Source: Candidatus Spongiisociaceae bacterium (GTDB taxonomy: Bacteria > Actinomycetota > Acidimicrobiia > Spongiisociales > Spongiisociaceae). From it: a stretch of 64,000 bases of DNA. Shown here one piece after another: positions 10,718 through 21,406 of this stretch. Each line of letters begins with the position of its first letter. The stretch's first letter is position 1. Where the stretch lies: NCBI GenBank assembly GCA_965262915.1, contig OZ253564.1:1792001-1856000 (forward strand). The letters are read 5' to 3'. A program made the translations under genes and the position numbers. The notes below the pieces were generated by a model. It was not told where the DNA came from. It made no database searches and saw nothing but the letters and a program-made list of their open reading frames with translations.

Positions 10718-13700
10718 TGCCGAGACGGACCGATATCCGCAGCATCCTCTTGATCGGGTCGGGCCCCATCGTGATCGGCCAGGCCTCCGAGTTCGACTAT
10801 TCCGGCACCCAGGCCGCCAAAGTGCTCAGAGCGGAGGGGTACCGGGTGGTGCTGGTCAACTCCAACCCGGCCACCATCATGACCGATCCCGAGTTCGCCG
10901 ACGCCACCTACCTCGAACCCATCACCCCTGAGATCGTCGAGAGGATCATCGAGCGCGAGGCCCCCGACGCGCTGCTTCCCACTCTGGGGGGGCAGACGGC
11001 TCTCAACGTCACGGCCGCACTGGCCCGGTCGGGTGTCCTCGATGCCCACGGCGTGGAGTTGATCGGGGCCGGTTTCGACGCCATCGAGCGGGCCGAGGAC
11101 AGGGGACTCTTCAAGGAGACGATGGCTGCCGTGGGAATCGAGTCGCCCCGGTCGCACTATGCCCGTTCGATGGAGGAGGCATTGGATGCGGCCGGGGACC
11201 TCGGCTACCCGCTCATGGTGCGGCCCTCGTTCATCCTGGGAGGGGGTGGGACCGGCATAGCAATGGACGAGGAGGCATTCCTCGGGATCGCCCGCCGGGG
11301 TCTCGACGCCTCGCCGGTAGGCGAGATACTGGTGGAGGAGTCGGTTGCCGGATGGAAGGAGTTCGAGCTCGAGGTGATGGCCGACCGCAACGGCAATGCG
11401 GTCATCGTCTGCTCGATCGAGAACCTGGATCCCATGGGGATCCACACCGGGGACTCGATTACGGTGGCGCCCATCCAGACCCTCTCCGATCGGGAATACC
11501 AGGAGATGCGGGACGATGCCATCACCTGCCTCCGGGCGATCGGAGTGCAGACCGGCGGCTCCAATGTACAGTTCGCCGTGGATCCCGCCACCGGGCGCCG
11601 GCTCATCATCGAGATGAACCCCCGGGTGTCCAGATCCTCTGCCTTGGCGTCCAAGGCCACCGGATTCCCCATCGCCAAGATCGCCGCCCTCCTGGCGGTG
11701 GGATACGCGCTGGACGAGATCGCCAACGACATAACGGGGGCCACCCCTGCCTGTTTCGAGCCGGTGCTTGATTACACGGTCGTCAAGGTCCCTCGTTTCG
11801 ACTTCGCCAAGTTTCCCGCCACACCCGACCGGCTCGGCACTTCGATGCGGTCGGTAGGAGAGGCGATGGCGATAGGACGTACCTTTCCCGAAGCGCTCCA
11901 GAAGGCTCTGCGAAGCCTGGAGACCGGCCGCTACGGGCTTAACGCCGACCCCGGCGAGAGGGCTGTGCGCCGGATGTCCGACGACCAGCTGGCCGTGTCG
12001 GTGGGGGTCCCCAGCTCGGGGAGGATCTTTGCGGTGGGGGAGGCGCTCCGGCGCGGCCGGAGCATCGAGGAACTGGCCCGGGCCACGGGCATCGATCCGT
12101 GGTTTCTCGATCAGATGGGGGAGGTCTGCGAGGTGCGGTCCAAGTTGGAGCAGGCCCGGGCGCCTGAGACCGCCCTGGTTCTCGAAGCAAAAAGGATAGG
12201 GTTCTCCGACGCCCAACTCTCCTACCTGTGGGGGCTCCCGGAAACCGAGATCAGGGAGTTCCGCCGTGCGGAAGGGATCCGCCCCACCTACAAGCGAGTC
12301 GACACCTGCGCCGCCGAGTTCGTGGCGCGAACCCCCTACTTCTACTCCACCTACGAGGATGAGAGCGAGGTGGAGGGCTCCGAGCGGCCCCGGGTGGTGA
12401 TCCTCGGTTCCGGTCCCAACCGGATCGGCCAGGGGATCGAATTCGACTATTGCTGCGTGCACGCTTCGTTCTCCCTCAAGGAGGCCGGTTACGAGACCGT
12501 CATGGTCAACTGCAATCCGGAGACGGTGTCCACCGACTACGACACCTCCGACCGCCTCTATTTCGAACCCCTCACCGTCGAGGACGTGCTGGAGATATGC
12601 GAGGCCGAGAACCCGGTGGCGGTGGTGGTGCAGCTCGGTGGCCAGACTCCGCTCAACCTGGCCCGGCGGTTGGAGAGCCAAGGGGTGCCGATAGCCGGAA
12701 CGGCACCCGACCGTATCGACGAAGCGGAGGACCGGGAGCGTTTCTCGGCGCTGTGCCGCAAGTTGGGCATCGCCCAGCCACCACACGGGACGGCCACCAG
12801 CGCTGCGGAGGCCCGCGGGGTGGTGGAACGGATCGGGCTTCCCGCCCTGGTGCGGCCGTCCTACGTTCTGGGGGGAAGGGCCATGCGGGTCGTGTACTCC
12901 CAGCGGGAGCTGGGTGATTACCTGGACGACCTGTACGGGACGGACCAGCAGGCAGGCCTGGAGATGCTGGCCGCCCCGGTGCTCATAGACCGGTTCCTCG
13001 AAGCGGCTGTGGAGGTGGACGTGGACGCCATCTACGACGGCCGCGAGATGCTCGTCGGGGGGGTGATGGAGCATGTGGAGGAGGCGGGGGTCCACTCCGG
13101 AGATTCGGCGTGCGTGACCCCGCCCCCCACGATCAGCGATTTGGCCCGCAAGGCCATAGTCGGCGCCACCGGGGACCTGGCGGAGGCGTTGGAGGTGAGG
13201 GGACTGGTCAATATCCAGTTCGCGGTGAAGGGCGACGAGGTGTTCCTGCTGGAGGCCAATCCCCGCGGGTCACGAACCGTTCCGTTCATCTCCAAGGCTT
13301 CCGGGATCCCCCTCGCCAAGCTCGCCTCCAGGGTGATGGTCGGCACGACGCTGGAACAACTGAGGGAAGAGGGAAGGTACACGGACCCCGGAGAGCGCAG
13401 CTTCGTGGCGGTCAAGGAGGCGGTCCTCCCCTGGGACCGTTTCCCCGAGGAGGACACCATCCTGGGGCCCGAGATGCGGGCCACCGGCGAGGTGATGGGG
13501 ATCGGTCGGGGAGCCGGGGTCGCGTACGCCAAGGCGATGATGGCGGCGGGGAGCGCCATACCGGTCTCGGGCACCGTCTTCCTGTCCTTCGCCGATCGTG
13601 ACAAACCGGCCGGTGGCAGGGTGGCCGAAGCGCTGGAGGGTCTGGGATTCCGGCTGCTGGCCTCGCCCGGCACCGCTGATTTCCTGCGCCGGAAGGGGGT

Positions 13701-13962
13701 GATGGCGGAGACTGTACACAAGGTGGGGGAGGGTCCGAACGACACCGTGGAGCGGATCGAGACGGGCGAGATGGACATGGTCATCAACACCCCGCAGGGA
13801 CGCCGAGCCCGCGGGGACGGCAGGTTGATGAGGCGGGCGGCTTCGTCCCGCGGCGTGCCCATCGTGACCACCGTGGCCGGTGCCGAGGCGGTGATCCGCA
13901 GCCTCCGCGGATCGCCGGAAGCGGTATACGAAGTGTGCAGCCTCCAGGATTGGCACCGGTGA
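10717..13962 (+). CDS. carB: Carbamoyl-phosphate synthase large subunit
   Basis: [25 protein letters not shown]; duplicated ATP-grasp halves; C-terminal MGS-like domain. Confidence 0.98.
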   Translation: MPRRTDIRSILLIGSGPIVIGQASEFDYSGTQAAKVLRAEGYRVVLVNSNPATIMTDPEFADATYLEPITPEIVERIIEREAPDALLPTLGGQTALNVTAALARSGVLDAHGVELIGAGFDAIERAEDRGLFKETMAAVGIESPRSHYARSMEEALDAAGDLGYPLMVRPSFILGGGGTGIAMDEEAFLGIARRGLDASPVGEILVEESVAGWKEFELEVMADRNGNAVIVCSIENLDPMGIHTGDSITVAPIQTLSDREYQEMRDDAITCLRAIGVQTGGSNVQFAVDPATGRRLIIEMNPRVSRSSALASKATGFPIAKIAALLAVGYALDEIANDITGATPACFEPVLDYTVVKVPRFDFAKFPATPDRLGTSMRSVGEAMAIGRTFPEALQKALRSLETGRYGLNADPGERAVRRMSDDQLAVSVGVPSSGRIFAVGEALRRGRSIEELARATGIDPWFLDQMGEVCEVRSKLEQARAPETALVLEAKRIGFSDAQLSYLWGLPETEIREFRRAEGIRPTYKRVDTCAAEFVARTPYFYSTYEDESEVEGSERPRVVILGSGPNRIGQGIEFDYCCVHASFSLKEAGYETVMVNCNPETVSTDYDTSDRLYFEPLTVEDVLEICEAENPVAVVVQLGGQTPLNLARRLESQGVPIAGTAPDRIDEAEDRERFSALCRKLGIAQPPHGTATSAAEARGVVERIGLPALVRPSYVLGGRAMRVVYSQRELGDYLDDLYGTDQQAGLEMLAAPVLIDRFLEAAVEVDVDAIYDGREMLVGGVMEHVEEAGVHSGDSACVTPPPTISDLARKAIVGATGDLAEALEVRGLVNIQFAVKGDEVFLLEANPRGSRTVPFISKASGIPLAKLASRVMVGTTLEQLREEGRYTDPGERSFVAVKEAVLPWDRFPEEDTILGPEMRATGEVMGIGRGAGVAYAKAMMAAGSAIPVSGTVFLSFADRDKPAGGRVAEALEGLGFRLLASPGTADFLRRKGVMAETVHKVGEGPNDTVERIETGEMDMVINTPQGRRARGDGRLMRRAASSRGVPIVTTVAGAEAVIRSLRGSPEAVYEVCSLQDWHR

Positions 13963-14870
13963 TCGACCGCTCGGTCGTGCTCGGGTCCGTGGCGCTCCGG
14001 TCGCCGTTGATCGGAGCTTCGGGAACGGTTGGTTCGGCAGTCGACTTCATGCCTGTCGCCCGACCCGAGTACTACGGGGCGCTGGTCGCCAAGTCGGTGG
14101 CGCCCGAGCCTTGGAGCGGTAACCCGGCCCCGCGCCTGGCGCCGGCCGGGGTGGGGATGCTCAACGCGATCGGCATCCAGAATCCGGGAATCGACGCCTG
14201 GGTGGCCGAGTTCGGCACCAGGTTGAGCGGGATCGGTGTACCGGTATGGGGTTCGGCCGTCGGCCACACCCCTGCCGGGTACGCCCTCGTGGCAAAGGGC
14301 CTCGAGGAGGCCGGGGTGGAGGCGGTGGAGGTCAACCTCTCGTGTCCCAACCTCGATGGCCATGGTCTGATCGCCCTGGATGCGGCGGCCTCTGCCCGGG
14401 TCGTCGAGGCGGTCCGGCAGATCACCTCGTTGCCGGTCTCCGCCAAGCTCTCGCCCAACGCGTCCGACATCGTGGCGGTGGCGCGGGCGGTGTGGGATGC
14501 GGGGGCGGACTGGGTGGTCCTGACCAACACGGCATGGGGGGCGGGGATCGATATCGAGACCCGCCGGCCGCGTCTCTCGACGGTGACGGGCGGATACTCG
14601 GGACCTCCCCTCAAGCCCATAGCGTTGAGGTGCGTTGCCGAGGTGACGGCTGCTTTGCCCGGGCTACCGGTTGTGGGGTGCGGGGGAGTAACCAGGGGCA
14701 CCGACGTGGTCGAGTTCCTCATGGCGGGAGCGGCGGCGGTGGCGATCGGGACGGTCCACTTCTCCGAGCCCCGTGCCGCGCGACGGATAGACCGGGAGTT
14801 GGCCCGATGGTGCCGATCGCACGGCGTGGACCGGCTGTCCGACCTCGTGGGAGCCATGATCCGGGCGTGA
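13959..14870 (+). CDS. pyrD: Dihydroorotate dehydrogenase (family 1)
   Basis: [32 protein letters not shown]. Confidence 0.95.
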   Translation: MIDRSVVLGSVALRSPLIGASGTVGSAVDFMPVARPEYYGALVAKSVAPEPWSGNPAPRLAPAGVGMLNAIGIQNPGIDAWVAEFGTRLSGIGVPVWGSAVGHTPAGYALVAKGLEEAGVEAVEVNLSCPNLDGHGLIALDAAASARVVEAVRQITSLPVSAKLSPNASDIVAVARAVWDAGADWVVLTNTAWGAGIDIETRRPRLSTVTGGYSGPPLKPIALRCVAEVTAALPGLPVVGCGGVTRGTDVVEFLMAGAAAVAIGTVHFSEPRAARRIDRELARWCRSHGVDRLSDLVGAMIRA

Positions 14871-14964
14871 CTCCCGCGCCACCGCCCCGGGTTTGTGTGT
14901 CTCCGCTCGACTGCGGCATCATTGCGGCGAACAGATAACGTCGTGGACATGAGGCGGGGGCATC

Positions 14965-15690
14965 GTGGCCGACGGGCATAACCCGATTCTGGTGGCGCTC
15001 GACGTTCCCACCGCGGAGCGGGCTGTCCGGCTGGCCCAGGAACTCGTTCCCTACGTCGGTGGTTTCAAGGTGGGGCTGGAGCTCCTGACCGGCCCGGGGC
15101 CACGGATCATCGGGGTGATAGCCCGATTGGGCAAGCCCGTGTTCGCCGATGCCAAGCTCCACGACATTCCCAATACCGTACGCGCCGCAGCCCGGCACCT
15201 AGGAGCGGCGGGTGCCCGGTGGGTGACCGCCCACGCCGCCGGGGGCAGGGCGATGCTGGCTGCGGCGGTGCAGGGTCTGAGCGATGGCGCCGGGGCGAGG
15301 CAGGCGGGAATCCTGGCCATCACGGTGTTGACGAGCCTGGATCAGGAGTCGCTGGCCGCCACCGGAGTGACTGCTTCTCCCGGGAGGTTGAGCGCCCGCC
15401 GGGCCCGGCTCGCCGGCGGGGTGGGGTGTGAGGGTGTGATCACCTCCGTCAAGGAACTGGGGGTCGTATCCGACGTGGCACCCGATCTGCTGACCGTGGT
15501 GCCCGGGATCCGCCCGACGGGTGTTTCCGCAGACGACCAGGTGCGATCGGCCACGCCCTCGGAAGCCCTCGCTCGGGGCGCCGGCTACCTGGTCATCGGG
15601 CGGGCGATCACCAAGGCGCCGGATCCGGTGCGGGCGGTCAGGGACATCCTGTCGGGTCTCGACGGACCCGGGGACGGATGTGGAGGTTGA
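14965..15690 (+). CDS. pyrF: Orotidine 5'-phosphate decarboxylase
   Basis: VALD, DAKLHDIPNT, VPGIRP, VIGRAIT. Confidence 0.96.
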   Translation: MADGHNPILVALDVPTAERAVRLAQELVPYVGGFKVGLELLTGPGPRIIGVIARLGKPVFADAKLHDIPNTVRAAARHLGAAGARWVTAHAAGGRAMLAAAVQGLSDGAGARQAGILAITVLTSLDQESLAATGVTASPGRLSARRARLAGGVGCEGVITSVKELGVVSDVAPDLLTVVPGIRPTGVSADDQVRSATPSEALARGAGYLVIGRAITKAPDPVRAVRDILSGLDGPGDGCGG

Positions 15691-15855
15691 GCACCGCCGG
15701 GCCTTGGCGGTCTGCTTGGACCGGTCGCACCCGTGCTTGCCGTCGATGTCCTCCGCTGCGTTCTGCCTCCCCACTAGGCTTTTGCGCGCCGCGCGTGGTG
15801 GCCCACGGATCGGTAGGCCCTACGATGCGGCATGCAGTAGAGCAAAGGAACTCGA

Positions 15856-16167
15856 ATGGCACCTCCGCAGCTGACCGCAGAGCAACGGGCCCAAGCCTTG
15901 GAGAAGGCGGCGATGGCCCGCCGCAAGCGGGCCGAAGTAAAGCAGTTGCTCAAGACCGGCTCCATATCGTTGTCCGAGTTGCTGGAGGGAGCAGAAGCGG
16001 ACCCGATGGTGGCTGGAATCAAGGTCAGCGCGGTGCTTGCTTCGATGCCGAGGATCGGGAAGATCAAGTCCAAGCGCCTAATGGAGAAGCTCGGCATAGC
16101 GGACAACCGGCGCATCCGGGGTCTCGGTGAGCGACAGCGCGCCGCCCTCCTCGAAGAGTTCAGCTGA
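15856..16167 (+). CDS. mihF: Actinobacterial integration host factor
   Basis: PQLTAEQRAQALEKAA..RR.RAEVK..LK and RRIRGLG..QR; conserved position pyrF-mihF-gmk. Confidence 0.93.
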   Translation: MAPPQLTAEQRAQALEKAAMARRKRAEVKQLLKTGSISLSELLEGAEADPMVAGIKVSAVLASMPRIGKIKSKRLMEKLGIADNRRIRGLGERQRAALLEEFS

Positions 16168-16786
16168 GCCTACGGCCCTTACCGGAAGTGGCAGGGGCCG
16201 GCTGGTCATAATCTCGGGGCCGTCCGGGGTCGGTAAGAACACCGTGGTCAGGGGTATGGCGGCCCATCGCCCGTTCCACTTCTCGGTCTCCGCCACCACG
16301 CGGGCGGCCCGGCCGGGTGAGACCTACGGGGTCGACTACCACTTCATCGATGAGGGGGTTTTTGCGGCGATGATCAGGGAGGACCGGTTGCTCGAATGGG
16401 CCGAATTCGCCGGGAGCCGCTACGGCACTCCTCGTGACCAGGTGTTCGATTACCTCGCGGAAGGCCAGGATGTCGTTCTCGACATCGAGGTGAGCGGGGC
16501 TATCCGGGTGATGGGCTCGTACCCCGACGCGGTGTCGATATTCGTTATGCCCCCGTCCATCGAGGAACTCGAGTCACGCATGCGAGGTCGGAGGGACATG
16601 TCAGAGACTCAGATAGCGACTCGCCTGGAGCTGGCCGGGGAGCAGATAGAGGTGGGACCGCAACGTTTCCGTCATGTGGTCGTCAACGAGGATCTCGACA
16701 CGACTGTGGCCGCCATTATGGATATACTCGGGTCGACCGTGAGGGAACCTGCCGTGGGTCGGACTCCAACGAACCGGGACCGGTGA
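16127..16786 (+). CDS. gmk: Guanylate kinase (start uncertain)
   Basis: ISGPSGVGK, SATTRAARPGE..GVDYHF, YGT. Confidence 0.95.
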   Translation: MSDSAPPSSKSSAEPTALTGSGRGRLVIISGPSGVGKNTVVRGMAAHRPFHFSVSATTRAARPGETYGVDYHFIDEGVFAAMIREDRLLEWAEFAGSRYGTPRDQVFDYLAEGQDVVLDIEVSGAIRVMGSYPDAVSIFVMPPSIEELESRMRGRRDMSETQIATRLELAGEQIEVGPQRFRHVVVNEDLDTTVAAIMDILGSTVREPAVGRTPTNRDR

Positions 16787-16817
16787 GGTTCCCTGACGCG
16801 GTTGCAGGTAGCGAGCC

Positions 16818-17120
16818 GTGAAGGATGATTCTCAAATGATGATCGAACCAGCCGTCGAGGAAATCATCGCCAAGACCGGCGGGCGCTTCAAGCTCGTTGT
16901 CCTGGCATCCCGCCGCGCCCGGCAGATCAACAACTACTACAGCCAGTTGGGCGGTGGTATAGGGCACTACGTACCCCCCCAGGTTCATTCCCTGAGCCAC
17001 AAGCCCCTCACCATCGCGCTGGAAGAGATCGCAGCCGGCAAGCTCACGATTGCAACCGGTGACAGCTCCGCCGATGGGGACAGCCACGAGGCGGGGCCCG
17101 ATGAGGTCGGGGGCGAGTAA
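16818..17120 (+). CDS. rpoZ: RNA polymerase omega subunit
   Basis: LVVLASRRARQINNYYSQL, KPLTIALEEI. Confidence 0.94.
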   Translation: MKDDSQMMIEPAVEEIIAKTGGRFKLVVLASRRARQINNYYSQLGGGIGHYVPPQVHSLSHKPLTIALEEIAAGKLTIATGDSSADGDSHEAGPDEVGGE

Positions 17121-18315
17121 CCCCGCCTTAGCCGGCCGTCGCCTGGTACTGGGGATCTCTGGAGGTATCGCCGCATACAAGGCGGTGTATCTTGCTCGCC
17201 GCTTCGTCGAGGTCGGGGCCGACGTGAGGAGCGTGATGACCTCCGGCGCGCTTCGCTTCGTGGGGGAGCAGAGCCTGGCAGGGGTCACGGGACGGGCTGT
17301 GGTCACTTCGCTGTTCGGTGGGATCGAGGTGAGTCCCCACACCGAACTCGCTGCGTGGGCGGACGCCGTGGTGGTGGCGCCGGCTACCGCCAACGTGATA
17401 GCCAAGGTGGCCAACGGGCTGGCCGACGATGCCCTGACCACCACCGTGGCTGCGTTCGACGGACCGGTCGTTATGGCGCCCGCCATGCACACCGAGATGT
17501 GGGAGCAGCCGGCCACCCGGCGGGCTGTGCAGCTCCTGAAGAACGACGGCCGTTACCTGGTCGGTCCGGTATCGGGGGCCCTGGCCGGGGGAGACACCGG
17601 TCCGGGCCGTATGGCCGAGCCGGAGGAGATTCTCCTGGCAGCGGCAGCCGTGTTCGATGCCTCCCTTTCGGGGCTGACCGTGCTGGTGACGGCAGGCGGG
17701 ACCAGAGAGGCCATCGACCCGGTTCGCTATGTGGGCAATCGTTCCTCGGGCAAGATGGGACACGCCCTGGCGATGGAGGCAGCCCGTCGGGGTGCGCGGG
17801 TGGTTCTGGTCACCGCCGCCCCCACGGCTCGGATGCCGGAGACCGTGGAGGTGGTTGAGGTCGAGTCCGCGGAGGATATGGCTAGGGAGGTCTGGTCGAG
17901 GGCTGCGATGATCGATGTGGCGGTCCTGGCCGCGGCGGTGGCGGACTTCCGTCCCGTGGCGGTGGCCCCCACCAAGCTGGCCAGGGCCGACGGGCCTCCC
18001 CGGATAGTGTTGGAACCCGCGCCCAACGTGCTGGCCGGGCTGGTGGAGCGGGTCGGACGAGGGACGACCGTGGTGGGGTTCGCGGCGGAGACCGGAGGGT
18101 TGGACCGCGCGGTATGGAAGGCCGCTTCCTACGGCGTGGACTTCCTGGTGGCCAACGATGTCACCCTCCCCGGCAGCGGGTTCGGAACGGATACCAACCA
18201 GGTGTCGATCATTTTCCCAGACGGCAGCCGGCAGGCTCTGGCGCTCATGACCAAGCGAGAGGTGGCCGCAGAGATCTGGTCGAGAGTCGTGGATCTGCGT
18301 GGCGACGCTGTATGA
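17101..18315 (+). CDS. coaBC: Phosphopantothenoylcysteine decarboxylase / ligase
   Basis: GGIAAYK, APAMHTEMW, TAGGTREAIDPVRY.GNRSSGKMG, GFAAET. Confidence 0.96.
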   Translation: MRSGASNPALAGRRLVLGISGGIAAYKAVYLARRFVEVGADVRSVMTSGALRFVGEQSLAGVTGRAVVTSLFGGIEVSPHTELAAWADAVVVAPATANVIAKVANGLADDALTTTVAAFDGPVVMAPAMHTEMWEQPATRRAVQLLKNDGRYLVGPVSGALAGGDTGPGRMAEPEEILLAAAAVFDASLSGLTVLVTAGGTREAIDPVRYVGNRSSGKMGHALAMEAARRGARVVLVTAAPTARMPETVEVVEVESAEDMAREVWSRAAMIDVAVLAAAVADFRPVAVAPTKLARADGPPRIVLEPAPNVLAGLVERVGRGTTVVGFAAETGGLDRAVWKAASYGVDFLVANDVTLPGSGFGTDTNQVSIIFPDGSRQALALMTKREVAAEIWSRVVDLRGDAV

Positions 18316-18345
18316 GGGTCTCTTGACCAGCCGTATACTGAGGTC

Positions 18346-19530
18346 GTGATGCGGTTCTTCACCAGCGAGTCGGTAACCGAAGGCCACCCCGACAAGATGG
18401 CCGACCGCATCTCCGATTCGATCCTGGACGCCATCCTGGAGCGGGATCCGGAGGCGCGGGTGGCCTGCGAGACGATGGTCGCGTCCTCGAAAGTCATCGT
18501 GGCCGGGGAGACCAGGAACGACGCCGGCTTCGACCATCGCGATTTCGCGAAGGTGATACGCGAAGCCCTGCGCGACATCGGATATACGTACGCGGACGCG
18601 GGATTCCACGCCGACAAAGTCCCGATCGACGTGTTGCTCGCACCCCAGAGCGCCAACATCGCCGCAGGTGTCGAGGTAGCTCTCGAGGCGCGCTTGGGGG
18701 GTGACGACCCGCTCGACCGGCTCGGCGCGGGCGACCAGGGTCTCATGTTCGGGTACGCCAACCGGGAAACCGACGAACTGATGCCGGCGCCGATCCAGTT
18801 GGCGCACCGCCTGGCGGAGCGGCTCGCGGAGGTGAGACAGACGGGACTGCTCGGCTACCTGCGGCCGGACGGAAAGACGCAGGTGACCGTCCGGTATGAC
18901 GGCCGCGAGCCCGTACATGTCCCCCGGGTGCTGATCTCCTCGCACCACGCGCCCGACGTGTCATCGGAGCAGTTGGAACACGATGTGCGCGCGCAGGTGC
19001 TCATGGCGATCGACTACGCGTTGATCGACGACACGACCGAGTTGCTCGTGAACCCTACGGGCCGTTTCGAGATCGGCGGTCCGGAAGGTGATGCCGGGCT
19101 CACCGGCCGCAAGATCATCGTCGACACCTACGGAGGCTACGCGCGGCACGGGGGAGGGGCCTTCTCGGGCAAGGATCCGACCAAGGTGGATCGGTCGGCT
19201 GCCTATTTCGCCCGCTACGTGGCGAAGAACGTGGTGGTGGCCGGTTTGGCCGAGCGGTGCGAAATCCAGGTTGCATACGCCATCGGCATGGCCAGGCCTT
19301 TCTCCGTCGATCTCGAGACCTTCGGCACTTCGGTGATCGACCCGGACAAGCTGAGTGCCCTGGTGGAGGACTTCTTCGACTTCCGGCCGGCGGCGATTCT
19401 GGAAACCCTGGGGCTGCGCGCACCCATCTACGCGAGGACGGCGGCCTACGGTCACTTCGGGCGGCCGGGGTTTCCCTGGGAATCGACCGAACCAGCCGAG
19501 GAGCTAGCCAGAGCAGCAGGTTCAGTCTGA
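18346..19530 (+). CDS. metK: S-adenosylmethionine synthetase
   Basis: [35 protein letters not shown]. Confidence 0.98.
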   Translation: MMRFFTSESVTEGHPDKMADRISDSILDAILERDPEARVACETMVASSKVIVAGETRNDAGFDHRDFAKVIREALRDIGYTYADAGFHADKVPIDVLLAPQSANIAAGVEVALEARLGGDDPLDRLGAGDQGLMFGYANRETDELMPAPIQLAHRLAERLAEVRQTGLLGYLRPDGKTQVTVRYDGREPVHVPRVLISSHHAPDVSSEQLEHDVRAQVLMAIDYALIDDTTELLVNPTGRFEIGGPEGDAGLTGRKIIVDTYGGYARHGGGAFSGKDPTKVDRSAAYFARYVAKNVVVAGLAERCEIQVAYAIGMARPFSVDLETFGTSVIDPDKLSALVEDFFDFRPAAILETLGLRAPIYARTAAYGHFGRPGFPWESTEPAEELARAAGSV

Positions 19531-19532
19531 CC

Positions 19533-21311
19533 CTGACCACCGTTGCCCGGGTGGTCCCCGACATCCCCACCTTCGCGGTCGATGACGGATTCGCGTATCG
19601 GGTTCCCTCCGCCCTCGCCGACCGGGTGACCGTGGGATCGCTCGTCAGGGTTCCGCTGGCCGGTCGTCGCGTGCGCGGGTACGTGATCGGTATGGAAGGG
19701 GACTCCGGAGATCTCGATCCCCAGAAACTCAAGGATGTCCGCTCAGTATCCTCGCCGATCCCCGTGTTCGCCGAGGCGATGTTGCCTTCTCTCGAGTGGG
19801 CGGCCTGGTACTACGTAGCCCCGCTGGCCAGAGTGCTTGCCAAGACCGGTCCGCCCAACCTTCCCAAACGGCTTCCTCCCCTCGAACTTCCGTCCGTTCC
19901 CCGCTGCGACGGACCGGTTCCCGAGGTGGCTGAGGCGGCAACGGCGGGTGGCCCGTCCCGGACGGTACAGGTCGTGGTCGGCACCGGGTGGGCGGAGTTG
20001 ATCCGGGGGACGATCGCTGCCCCGGTGCGGGCGGAGAAGTCGGTGCTGGTCGTGGCGCCCAGCGCCGTGGAGGCGTCCCGGCTGGCATCCCGGTTGGTGG
20101 CCGATTTCGGCAGTCGGGTCCTGGATGTCGCAGAACAGGATCCTGCCTCTGTTACGTCCGCGTGGTCGCACGCCGCCACCCAGGGGGGTCTGGTAGTGGT
20201 CGGAACCATGCGGGTGATTTGGTGGCCGGTGATGAACCTATCGATGCTGGTGTTGGTGGAAGACGGTCGGCGGGGGATGAAGGAACGGCAGACCCCCACG
20301 GTGGCAGTTCGGGCTCTGGCGCGGGTTAGGGCGGTGGCCGAGAGGTTGCAACTGGTTCTGGTAGGAAGGGTGCCGACCGTTCAATCTCTGCACGAGGGAA
20401 CGGAAGTGATCCGGGTTCCGGGGCGTCTGTGGGCACCGGTCGAGATCGTGGATCGAAGCGAGGACCCGCCGGGTGGCGGGGTTCTCACCGCCCGAGCCCG
20501 GGTGGCCATCGCCTCGACCCGGCGCCGGGGTGGGAGGGTGCTTGTCTTCACGCACCGGCGCGGGTACGCGCCGGCGGCCCGTTGTGTTGGCTGCCGCCGG
20601 TTGAGGAAGTGTCCGGAGTGCGGGTCCCGCCCGGACCACCGTGACACCTGTCCGCGCTGTGAGGCGGTGGTTGGGGCATGTCGCTCCTGTGGGGGGTCCC
20701 GTTTCGAACCGCTGGGGGCTGGCGTCGGTCGGATTGTCGAGGAACTCCACGGGCTGGTGGGGGAAGAAGTCGGGGAGGTGGCAGCAGGCAGACCGGTGAT
20801 GGTCGGGACCGAACGGGATCTGATCACCGTTCCTCCGGTTGACCTGGCCGTGGTGGTGGACGCCGACGGTTTGGTGCGGGGCACCAACTACCGAGCGACC
20901 GAGGATGCGTTGTCGATCCTGGCCCGGGTAGCGTCCACCGTCCACCAGCGGGGTGGCCGATGGGTGATGTTGCAGACAGCCGATCGCCGCCATCCGGTCT
21001 ACGCAGCACTGCGGCGGGCGGATCCGTTTCCCTTCCTGGAAGACGAACTGGTGGCGCGCCGACGCTTCTCGCTACCTCCTTGCGGCGAGGTGATGGTCGT
21101 GGAGGTGGAGGGGACCGACGATCCGTCGATAATGGACGGGGTCATCGAAGGCGCCACCGTCTACGGCCCTTCCCGGGAGGCCGCCCGGATCAGGTGGATA
21201 GTTCAGGATCATGACCTCTGGGGTGTCAAGGAGCGGTTGCGGGTCACGGTCGGCCGGCTGCGTGATCAGGGGTGCAAGGTGAGGGTGGACGTGGATCCCC
21301 GCGAGTTCTGA
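19533..21311 (+). CDS. priA: Primosomal protein N', helicase motifs degenerate (start uncertain)
   Basis: N-terminal VRVP..GR 3'-DNA-binding region, RRGYAP plus four CxxC motifs, C-terminal VDVDP; follows metK. Confidence 0.88.
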   Translation: MTTVARVVPDIPTFAVDDGFAYRVPSALADRVTVGSLVRVPLAGRRVRGYVIGMEGDSGDLDPQKLKDVRSVSSPIPVFAEAMLPSLEWAAWYYVAPLARVLAKTGPPNLPKRLPPLELPSVPRCDGPVPEVAEAATAGGPSRTVQVVVGTGWAELIRGTIAAPVRAEKSVLVVAPSAVEASRLASRLVADFGSRVLDVAEQDPASVTSAWSHAATQGGLVVVGTMRVIWWPVMNLSMLVLVEDGRRGMKERQTPTVAVRALARVRAVAERLQLVLVGRVPTVQSLHEGTEVIRVPGRLWAPVEIVDRSEDPPGGGVLTARARVAIASTRRRGGRVLVFTHRRGYAPAARCVGCRRLRKCPECGSRPDHRDTCPRCEAVVGACRSCGGSRFEPLGAGVGRIVEELHGLVGEEVGEVAAGRPVMVGTERDLITVPPVDLAVVVDADGLVRGTNYRATEDALSILARVASTVHQRGGRWVMLQTADRRHPVYAALRRADPFPFLEDELVARRRFSLPPCGEVMVVEVEGTDDPSIMDGVIEGATVYGPSREAARIRWIVQDHDLWGVKERLRVTVGRLRDQGCKVRVDVDPREF

Positions 21312-21406
21312 CCGGAGACTGCCGCCGACCGCTGCTCGCATCAGGCACGGGTGCCGAAGTGACAGAGGGCTTCCCTTCCCTAAGCCGTTGGTTTATGTTA
21401 GATAAC

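Noticed and set aside
10366-13095. 909-aa antisense ORF and many similar long shadow ORFs (e.g. 1519-3108, 17128-18948, 54063-56138)
   Set aside because: They lie opposite well-supported genes, lack recognisable motifs, and are expected in high-GC DNA
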